The translations under genes and the position numbers were made by a program. Under the pieces are notes generated by a model. The model was not told where the DNA came from and did no database searches. It saw only the letters and a program-made list of their open reading frames with translations. 64,000 nt of DNA, taken from assembly GCA_964016885.1 (NCBI GenBank), contig OZ024741.1, positions 105,338,001 to 105,402,000 of the forward strand, in the 5' to 3' direction. Positions within the stretch are counted from its first letter, which is position 1, and each line of letters begins with the position of its first letter. Source of the DNA: Eledone cirrhosa (lineage: Eukaryota). Below, piece by piece: positions 53,642 to 64,000 of the stretch.

Positions 53642-53961
53642 TGAGGCACATGGCTTAGTGGTTAGAGCATTGGCCTTGCAATCAAAAGGTTGTGACTTCA
53701 GACCGGGTGATGTGTTGTTTCCTCGAGCAAGACACTTTATTTCACATTGCTCCAGTTTACTCAGCTGTAGAAATGAGATGATAGGGACTGGGGTCCCTAT
53801 CATTCCACTGCAAAGTGGTCGTGGAGGTGCCACGGCAAAAAAGCACCCAGTACTCACTGTAAATGAGGTTGGTGTTAGGAAGGGCATCCAGCTGTCAGAA
53901 TCAGTTCCCGTCCCACCCCTGCAAGCAGGGAAAAGCGGACGTAAAATGATGATGATGATGA
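53642..53961 (+). mobile_element. tRNA-derived SINE family B with RTE-type 3' end (second full copy at 38080-38427; many partial copies)
   Basis: A-box tggcttagtggtt, CORE-like ccttgagcaagacactt, tail aggaagggcatccagctg...(ATG)n shared with the RTE tails. Confidence 0.8.
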
Positions 53962-54103
53962 TATGTATGTATAGTATATTTGGCAATATACTGTATGTTT
54001 AATTAAAAACATTTAGAAGACTGAGTTTTAAAGTAGTGACTATGTCACTTACAAATGTATGTGTGTGTGTGTTTTTATGTACACATGTATATATATATAT
54101 AGA

Positions 54104-54712
54104 CTAGCAGATGTACTCGGCGTTGCTCGGGAAATGAATGACAGCCTGTTTGTCCGTATAAAGAGAGCCAAAGGTTGAGCAAAGAATTGAAATGTAATTG
54201 TAAAAAAAAGTTTAACAAAATGGGTGTACAGTGACATGATTGAGTGAAATAAATAGCAACATAAAAACAATTCATGGGGTAGCTTGAGTTAATTGACGTC
54301 AATGATTTCAGGTCCGGCCTTCTATAGTAGGTATGAGTAAGGGGATAAAGATGGAATAGACGCGCCGTATGTCCTTCAGTAGACTAAACCCTATGTGTAA
54401 GATGGCGCTGCCACTACCACGTTGACCATCCACTGGACATAGAAATATCATTCCTTGAAGCAAATCGGCCTAGTACTTCAAAAGTTAAAAGAAGCCTAGT
54501 ATTTGTACAGACAGATACACACACAAAATCGATTTTTCGGCCCCAATATCGATTTTTTTTTTCAAATTTGTTTTTGTCCAAAACCTGCTCTAGCATATAA
54601 GCAACATGTGTGCGAAATTTGGTTGAAATCGGCCTAGTACTTCAAAAGTTAAAAGGAGCCTAGTATTTGTAGACAGACACACACACAGACCGACTTGCTT
54701 TTATATATATAG
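54104..54712 (-). mobile_element. Non-autonomous Helitron (same terminal family)
   Basis: Minus strand tctatatatataaaa start and cccgagcaacgccgag..ctgctag end. Confidence 0.75.
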
Positions 54713-56940
54713 ACTAGCAGAAAACCACCCGGTGGGTGGTTTTCTGCTAGCAAATCTAGTGTATATACTGATATTGTTGAGATTTGGATGAGAAATGTTT
54801 TCGGCACCACATGTTCACCGTCTTTCGGTGTGTCTTTTATGCATGTATAAATATATATGTTATCTATACGGTGAAATCTTTGAAATAAATATATGTTAAA
54901 ACGAAAAAGGAGAAAAAGAGATTAGTGACGGAAATATAAACGTTATGATATAACGATGGAAATATATCTTCAAATGGTCCTTGGCATGGAGTCAAGTCAG
55001 AACCGCCTCGAACTGGTTACTTCTGGCTTGTGCAAGGTGTCTCTATAGCAACCAGCGATTCCCTCGGCCTCAGTGGAGAGGGGAAGGTAATGTTTCTATA
55101 GCGACAGTGTTTCTCTTGGTAGTACCAAAGTGGAGAAAGGAAGGGGAAGGTAATATTTCTGTAGCACCTACATTTGAGTTTTAGGGAAGGACAGACAGAC
55201 AAACAGAGAAATGCCCATATATTTCTGTGCGTGTTTATATATATATATATATTACACACACAGAAATGTATATATATTTCTCTGTGTGTATATATATATA
55301 TATTACACACACAGAAATGTATATATATTTCTTAGAACAAAATTATTATTAATGTTTTGCTGTTCATACTCCCGCCAACACGACCCTTTCTCTATAAAGT
55401 TATGTTGGTACCACAACATCCAGGCCAAACTAATGAGGTCGTGTAGGTGTCACAACAAAAAAACACAGTCCATGCTGTAATGTGGTCGTGTAGGTAACAT
55501 GGTAAAAAGTTCTCAGTCAACACTGTAAATGTGGTTGGTGTTAGGAAGGGCATCCAGCTGTAGAAAACCTGCCAGATAGTCCTATACGAGTGAGACATAG
55601 TCACCCGACCAATCTTGATTCAAGTGGGACAACTCCCGTCTAATCCATGCTAGCGTGGAAGATGGATGTTAAACGATGATGATGATGAGTCAGAGATAAC
55701 ATTCTGTAAATATATATATATACAACATAAAACACTTTTTCATGCCATTAAATATACATATGATATCTTATATATGTGTTGGATCTTATTTACATTCTTT
55801 CATCTATGATATGTATATTGTTTTAACTTATATTATGTATGTATCTCATCAAGGAATGTTTTTGATTTTATAGGTAATATTTGTCTAACTTTATCATTTC
55901 TTTTATTTATATCATCATTCTTTCTCTCTATTTTCCTTTATTGCTTCTCTCTTTAATAGGTTTTTCTCCTCGTTCTTTCCCTTTCTTCTACCATGCAGAC
56001 ATTCACAAATTTAATTTCTGTACCGGTGTAGGCATGCACTCCATAAGTCATACTGAAAGCAATTTGTCTAGGAGAGCAGTAGCTCTGAATAAAATCTGAT
56101 GCAATGTAAAAGGAACAGTGGTCCTAGAGGTGTTGCTGTAATTTAACATATATATGTATAATTTTACACAAACTCAAGTTGTAGCTGTAGTTTAACATAT
56201 ATATAATGTTACACAATGTGAAGGTGTAGTGATGATGGCATGATAAAATGCACCAATGCTATCAAGTGATTGATGATGAGAAGGGCATCCAGCCAGAAAG
56301 TTTATGAAAAGTGCAGCTTAAATTATATACACAGACTAATATTAACCATGTTAGTGCTGCACAGCACAGTTTGGTGGTTGGGTAGAAATATCTTGCCATG
56401 TGTGAGAACCCTTCCACCATCATCCAGTGAAGACACATTTCCTTTCAGAATATAGGTAAAAAAAAACATCCAAACATCATCTATATTTCAGGGCGACTAT
56501 TTTCAATGTATGCACAATGAAAGGTAGGTGCGGTGAAATTGTAGAAATATGCCTTTACCAAACTTCTCACACGTAAAAATTGTTCTGAGTAGGTAATAAT
56601 GATGGAGAAAATAAGGTATTATTTGAATGCTAATTGGTATGAGAAATGTACTAGAGGAAAATATAAATAAGTTAAATAAACTATTGTATTACTAATACAA
56701 CATTAAGCAGCTAATATCTATCATCATCATCACTGATTAATGTATATTTTCCTCACTTGCATGGGTTAGATGGGTTGTCACATTATGAGACTAATCAGGT
56801 AAGGAGACCATGTCTTGCTCACACAGATCTGCTTTTTGGTTGGTTTCTATGGCTGAGTGTTCTTCCAAAAGAAGACTGCTTTATATTACATGTAGTTTGG
56901 ATTATACATAGATGATGCTGATGTGTATAAATATATATAT

Positions 56941-57410
56941 AGAGGGTGTCCATAAAATCTCTTTACAATTTAAAAAATATATTACAAAGGCAATTGATGA
57001 GATATCTTAATCAGATTAATTTGTTCTATGTACTCAGTAATTATCAAAGTTTTTAATTACATTGCATTTCTGTATTTCAGATATCTTGTTGATGAAAGAG
57101 GTACTGTTAAATGAACCCCTAAAAAATGGCTACTCCTCAAGAAAAGGCACTATGTGTGTCATGTTTTATTGAAACAAAATCAGATACGCAGACTCAGCGA
57201 AACTTCAGAACTATGGAAGAGATCCACCATCACGTCCATGGCACAAGAAATTTATGGAGACAGGGACAGTGTTGGATAAAGAGAGGAGTGGACGACCAAG
57301 AACATCTGAGGAAAACATTGATCGTGTAAGACAAGCCTTTCAGCATTCTCCTACAAAGTCCATCCGTACAGCTGCCATGTTCAACAGTACAAAAAGTCCT
57401 ACACATAATC
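56941..57410 (+). mobile_element. Tc1/mariner-superfamily 5' fragment (DUF4817-type HTH)
   Basis: agggtgtcc-type end after TA; MATPQEKALCV..TQTQRNFR; GRPRTSEENIDRVRQAFQHSPTKSIR. Confidence 0.7.
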
Positions 57411-57552
57411 AAACAAGGTGGTGGTGATGGCAATGGAGATAGGACTCAAGGTAACTAACTTTAATTATTGGCTGAAGTTAAGCCCCAGCCTTAAAGATGC
57501 TAAATATTACAAAATAATAAGGTTATACTTCACCACATTTTGTTTATTATGT

Positions 57553-57630
57553 AATAGTTGTTATAGATATTTCCAATGTATCTGTTACGTAATTTTAAAT
57601 TTTCAAACATGATTTCATCAGATAACTGTC
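57553..57630 (-). ncRNA. Decayed hammerhead motif inside an inverted repeat
   Basis: Minus strand gacagttat-CTGATGA...GAAA-tatcta-TA-acaactatt (7/9 helix I pairs), aataaa downstream. Confidence 0.4.
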
Positions 57631-57821
57631 ATCTGTATATTAGTGATGTAGAGATTTCCAGTTTTGATTCTCAACTTCCTGGTTGATATGTAGTGTTTAT
57701 CCACATGTTTATTTAGCATCTTTAAGTCTGGGGCTTAACATCAGCCAATAGTTAAAGTTAGCTATCTTGTATCTTATCTCCACCTCCATGATTGATTAAT
57801 AGGCTAGTTGACATGTTTGGC

Positions 57822-57869
<48 letters not shown>

Positions 57870-58614
57870 GCCAAACATGTCAACTAGCCACTTTCATGCC
57901 TAACATGAAAGTCATCCACAAGTTTCTACTTAGACTGTCCTCATTGACAACCAGAGCCACTTTCAGGCTGTCATCTCTCTGTGTTATTTTCTGGCCTCAT
58001 ATTGTGTTATTCAATTGGTAAAGTGCCATGATCGTATGGCAGAACTCTAGATGCTTGAAGCAGGACTGTAGTTCAGCTAAGGAGACAAACTGTGGAAAGT
58101 TGTGTCACATAAAAGGTGCCCACACTTGGCTTTTGCCATTGTTGCAGTACTTGAGGTAATTTTATAGGTGTATTAGCCACAGTGCATGCCTGAGCATCAT
58201 TAATAATGACATCACAAGGCCACCATGGAGGGGATGTTGGTAGTAGATGAATTTTCTGGTCAGGTGTTTTTCAGGCATGACAATATTCAATAAAGAATGT
58301 TATATTTGGAGAGTGACATGTTGCCAAAAAATAGTAAAACATACTCACTGTTTGGTTTGGTTTTTGCTTCAGTATATTCATATAAATAATTTAGCTGACA
58401 ATCAATGTTTATCATTGATTGACCAACAGTTAAAATATGAAATATAAATATAATTTATCAAAGTTCTTTTATAACACATTTCTGTGACATCATCAATGAT
58501 TATCACTGTTTCAACAATATTAGGACAACATGACCCTCCCCAAATATAACAATATCTGTTTCAACACACGATTTCACATCAAACACGTTGCAAAACAAAT
58601 AATAAAGAATGACT

Positions 58615-58955
58615 TTATTAAAAATATCACAGTGGTAAGTTAACTCACCAATGTAGATATAGTTGTGGTTATATAAAAAAAAGTGTTGGGTGGTTGTTAT
58701 CACATACAGTTGTATCTTCTTTTTTGTGTGAATACATTTATGGCTATATAAGATTTATTTTATAAAAAGATATTGATAATGTATGCATACAGCACGGTAT
58801 CAGCTTATCAATATCGAAGCAGAACACTTTGAGGATAAAAGGCTGCAACAAAAAATTCACGATCTTCAACCGAGATCTCCACCCACAATCAGCTGTGACT
58901 TGTATGGACAGTGATATTGCTTTTCTTCTTGTATGAATGCATTTGCAGGTGTTGG
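58615..58955 (-). pseudogene. C2H2 ZNF 3'-end remnant
   Basis: Minus-strand CKCIHTRRK and GELTYHCDIF fragments; 58620-58745 aligns with the 3'UTR of ZNF-3 (43330-43430). Confidence 0.55.
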
Positions 58956-59819
58956 TGCCATGATTCAATGCACCCAGAACACCATATTTTCTTAGCTGAC
59001 TGGCTGCTAAGTCAATTTGTGCAGCATGATGGAAGTACAGTATTTTCTTGGGTGACTGATTACTAAGTTAATTTGTGCAGCATGGTTGAAGCACAATATG
59101 TTCTCAGTTTACTGGCTGCTAACTATAGTCTTACAAATAATTGTTTCTACTTTTGGCACAAGGCCAGCAATTACCCAGTACATTACTGGTACTTTATTTT
59201 ATCGACCCCGTAAGGATGAAAGCAAAGTTAACTTCGACGGGATTTGAATAAAGACTGTAAAGGGACGTAACTATGCTAGAAAGCATGGCGTCCAACCCTC
59301 TACCGATACTGCCAATTCACCAAATAATAATGTCAGTTTATGAAGAGAAAACTGAACCTACTGTAGAAATATTTTCTACAACAAACAAAGCCCCTTGTTA
59401 AGTGATGACCAAAGAATCATATTTAATATCATTAATAGAAAAATATATTTTAATGAAGGTGGATAACTGTTCAGGTGAAGGTGTGTACCCTAGTGATTAC
59501 GTTGTTAAAACTAGTCATAAAGTGGTGGGTTCAATTCCCGGATTGGGTGGCATATTGTCCTTGAGCAAAACATTTCATTTCATGCTGCTTGATAAAAATG
59601 ACTGTCCGTGACAACTGGGAGTTAACCTCTACAACTGACAGGTATCTGATCCAGGCGTGGAGTTTTTCCTGAGACTGGGGTCATTCTTATTAAAATACCT
59701 GAGAAACGTCTGGTGAGATGCAACTTAGTGTGAGCAGTAACAACGAATTCTACAGGTAAAAAATTGTTGCTCAATGTATTGTTTTCATATGTACATAATG
59801 TATGTCTTTTAAATTATTT

Positions 59820-61650
59820 AAGTGAGGTGCAGTTTGGATTTATACCAGACATGGGTACTACTGATACCCTCTTTCTGGTGACACAACTACAGGGGAGGTA
59901 CTTAGTTAAGAGTAAGTCACTGTATCTGGATTTTGTAGATATGAGTTCCATGCTCTAATCTGGTGGGTACTTAGGAAGCTTAGTATAGATGAATGGCTTG
60001 TGAGGGCTGTGCAGACAATGTAGAGAGGAGCAGCCAGCAGAGTTTATAATGAGTACAGTAATGAATTTGAAGTGTAGGTGGGATCTACCAGAGATTAGTC
60101 TTCAGTCCACTCCTGTTTATGATTACCTTCAGGCAATCACTGAGTAGTTTAAAACTGACACTCCATGGGAGCTCCTATATGCTAATGGCCTAGTTCATGT
60201 AGCTGAATCCATGAGAGTTAGAGACAAAAGTTCAAGCATGAAAGAAGAACTTAGAGTTGAAAGGCCTAAAAGTAAACTTATCAAAGACAAAAGTCTTAAT
60301 AAGTAGGAAAGACGACATGAGGGTGATACCATCAGGCAAGTGACCCTATTTGATGTCAGAAAGGGGTGGACAGAAATTTTATAAGATGCACACATGAAAT
60401 GTAGTGAGATTGCAGGCAGGCTAATGGAAAAGATAGAGTTTGTATGTGGCAGATGCACAGGAGAAGTAAGCACTAAGAACACATATGAAACGGTTTTCAA
60501 GGGAGACTCCATAGAAGTTGTTGACAGCTTTTGTTACCTAGGCGATCAAATGGGAAAGGATGCAGTGAAAATGTGATAGCCAGGATCAGAAAAGGCTGAA
60601 AGAAATTTAGAGAACTGATACTTTTGCTGACAACAAAGGTCGTCTCTCTTAGAGTGACGAGTAGACTACATGATGCCTGCATATGAACTACAATGCATAT
60701 GCTACATGTCAGTGAAACATGAACCTTGACTGCAGAAGACCTGCAAAGGCTAGAAAGAAATGAAGCAAGCATGCACTGATGGATGTTTAATGTTAGTGTG
60801 CATGAATGACATAGCACAAGTGAACTGAGAGAAAAACTTGGCATAAGAAGAATTAGATGTAGTGTGCAAGAGAAAACCATTTGTATGGACATGTGATGTG
60901 TATGGAAGATGGCTGCTGCATAAAGAAATGCAGAGAAATCCCAGTGGTTGAAATCCATGGAAGAGATAGACCCAGGAAAAATTGGGACAAGTTAGTGATG
61001 ACCGACTTTAAGAAACTAAGCCTCGCAACTGAGATGATGAAAGATTGAGAGGGCTGGCGCTTTGCTGCGATGTTGAAGATCTGTCCACATGACCTGACCC
61101 ATACATGTACCCACCTTTCACTACCACTCCCCAGCAGCTATCCTCACCATGACACATGACCCCTCCAGTAACACTCCCCACTCTAAAGCCCTTAGATACC
61201 TTCACTATCACACCCTAGTGGCTACTCTTTCTACCCCATGTGCATTCCCCACTATCACTTCCTCCATGCACTCTATCAACCGCACCACTACATTCCATCT
61301 CCCAATACACTATCAACCACTCCTTCTCCATCACCACATACCCCACCACCTCCTCTGAGCAGTGAGGGTTCTTCATTTGGGACTATGAGCAACAACCTCC
61401 CTAATGTTGGTGATTTACATAATAAAAGCATCCAGTTTTAGTGTTCATGAATGACATAGCACAAGTGAACTGAGAGAAAAACTTGGCATAAGAAGAATTA
61501 GATGTAGTGTGCAAGAGAAAACCATTTATATGGACATGTGATGTGTATGGAAGATGGCTGCTGCATAAAGAAATGCAGAGAAATCCCAGTGGCTGGAATC
61601 CACCCAACCCTGGCCAGCAAGGAAAGTGGATGTTAAATGATGATGATGAT
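59820..61650 (+). mobile_element. RTE LINE 3' part (family 1)
   Basis: QFGFIPDMGTTD; homology to 11570-12800; (GAT)n tail. Confidence 0.8.
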
Positions 61651-61654
61651 TGTA

Positions 61655-64000
61655 TATCTTCTTTTTCCCCTATTTATTCCTGAGAGGGTTATGAGGACAA
61701 AGTCCTTAAACACTCCTAGCGGATCCTGTCAGAAGCAACCGTCTCCAATTGATCTGGCTGCATCCCCAAGCGAAGCCAGCTAAGCTCATGGATTTTATCC
61801 AACCATTTTGCTCAGGCTCTTTCCCTGGGTCTCATTCCGGTTGGTTTTGACTGTAAAATGTGTCCAGCGATTCTTTCCTGAGACATTCTAACCGCATGTC
61901 TATAATATCGGAGCTGTGATCTCTCAATTCGGAGAAGTAGTGGCTCTACCTAAAGCAACTCTCTGATCACTAAGCTACACACCTTATCAAGTAACGCTAC
62001 TCCAAAGGCCTTTCAAAGAAACCCCATTTCAGCTGCTTGTATTCTTTTGGTCATTACCCAAGATTCATGACCATAGGCAATGGTTGTCACAAAAACTGAA
62101 TTGAGGATAGCGAGTTTGTCTTTTACACCTATCTCCCTTCTTCTGATTACCGAATGCTGAAGTTGGCACATTACTGCACCAGCTCTTGTAATTTTTGCAC
62201 TTAATTCAGCCTCCTGCCTTCCATCACTCGTGAACACAGCTGCAAGATATTTTAACTTCTGCACCTCCTTCAGTGGAACTCCATTCACTATGCAGGCTTC
62301 CTTGAGAGGACGCATGTCTCAGTCTTCGCACCACTAATTTTCATTCCATCCGCACAGCACTCAACATCAAACATATCAAGTGTATGATCAACTTCTGTCG
62401 AGGTAATACCATGTAGTCATCAAATTCCAGCAAACTGATCCTACACCTGCCAGACGTAATACTAGTTCCAACCCAGCTGCACATGTCAATCTTGTTCATG
62501 TAAATGTTTCTACTTTTGGCACAAGGGCAGCAATTATCCCAGTGCATTACTGGTACTTTATTTTGTCGACCCCGTAAGGATGAAAGGCAAAGTAAACCTC
62601 TATGCTGCAAAGCATGGCGTCCAACCTTCTATCAATACTGCCAATCCACGGCCTTGTAAATAATGAACAAGAGATGTGACAGTATGCACCCATGGCAGAG
62701 TCTGACCCTCACATAGAACGGTTTTGATTTAGCACCATTTATCCAAACACAAATACTCAGGCATTTGTATAGAGGCATCAGGGAAACAAGAAGCTGACCA
62801 CTGATCCCTTACTCCTGCAGAATCTTTCACAGCAGGTCCTGTGGAACATGCTTTTCAAAGCCTACAAAGCAAGTATACACCTCTTGGCAGTACTCCCATG
62901 ATTTCTCAAAGATCTGCCACAGTGTGAGTATTTGGTCGACTGTGCTGTTTCCAGGGCGAAAACTACACTGTTCATCAGCTAGCTTGGACTTGACAATCTC
63001 CCTTTGCTATAGACTTTCCGGGGAGGCTTAACATGGAGATCCCTCTATAAATGGAGCAATCTCTCTTGTCTCTCTTTTTGAAAATTTGGATTATCACTCC
63101 TGATTGCCATTGCTTAGGTGCTTTTCCAGAGATCCAGGCCACCTATCACATATGAGTCAGCCAGAAAATACCTTTTCTATTTAAAGTTTTTAACATCAAA
63201 CGCATTCCTGATAGCAGGTGTAGAGGTGGACTTCTTATAATGAAGTTAGCGGGTTGTCTGCTAGAACACTTTATTTGCTGATCTGAAGTCAAATTCCAGC
63301 TTAACCCCAAAGTCATTCCCATTTCTTAACTCTGGATGCCTTTACTGTCTCTCCTGTGATTCTTTGTGCCTGCTTGTACCGCATGTGCAAGAAGGACTTA
63401 TTTCCAAGCCAAGCTTTGTAGGCCTCCTTCTTTGCTTGGGTGACATCTTTGACCTCTTGATTGATCCAAGGTATCCTCCTGCCATCCTCCATCACACCAA
63501 GCTTCTTTCACCCACAGCATTTAACAGCTGAGCTGAACAATTTTTACTGTGTTCAGGGTGTTCTCTGTATTTGGATGCAATAGAATCTGCATGTCGGGTC
63601 TTGACTTACTTATCCAACAGCACACCCAGTTTATTCTGTAAATTGACCTGGACCTACCGGTTTTTGTGGACATATTTTACAGATAACTAGATTGTAATCA
63701 GTTGACAGCTCAACCCCTCTCTTAACACAAACATTCAGCACAGAATCAAAAAGATCTGAGACAATAACAAAATCAATTATTGACCTCTCTCCCTGATTCC
63801 CCTTATATCATGTATATTTATGGATGTTTCTGTGCTGGAAAAAAGTGTTCACAAGAGAGTCCATTGCTAGAACAGAAGTCTAATGAGACTCCTCCATTCA
63901 TATTTAGATTCGGATTGCCATTCCTTCCAATCACTCCTTTCCATGTCAGGAGGTCTGTGCCAACATGTGCATTGAAGTCTCCCATTAGGATATATGACTC
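61655..64000 (-). mobile_element. RTE-clade LINE (family 2), APE and RT, with nested SINE
   Basis: GDFNAHVG at the window end, FRPGNSTVDQ, FDDY, VQKLKYL; homologous to 20470-22100. Confidence 0.85.

Noticed and set aside
53428-54002. Long ORFs over microsatellite and SINE sequence (also 7155-7364)
   Set aside because: Low-complexity YI/CV repeats and SINE-B sequence
54790-54835. Possible hammerhead on the minus strand (cgaaaga...gccgaaa)
   Set aside because: Core and helix I do not fit

Overview
AT-rich, microsatellite- and transposon-dense animal genomic DNA; the tandem C2H2 zinc-finger genes and repeat content suggest an octopus or other coleoid cephalopod (inference). The window holds three intact single-coding-exon C2H2 ZNF genes (14, 11 and 17 fingers) and a ZNF pseudogene remnant. 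These genes share a conserved non-coding cassette: a promoter-like motif, a short first exon with donor, an intronic motif, an acceptor, a uORF and a 3'UTR motif. The rest is mostly decayed mobile DNA: a CRE-type RLE non-LTR element, many RTE LINEs, two Penelope-like (Naiad-type) RT remnants, a Gypsy integrase, hAT, Tc1, mariner and Merlin transposons, non-autonomous Helitrons and two tRNA-derived SINE families. Beyond the ORF track, the main observations are (i) several minimal type-I hammerhead ribozyme motifs, two essentially intact, some inside fold-back repeats; (ii) a near-perfect ~180-bp hairpin in a ZNF intron; (iii) a catalytically dead RTE carrying a SINE at the same site in two copies; (iv) many fold-backs next to (TA)n tracts. 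Coordinates of decayed elements are approximate and all calls were made by eye.
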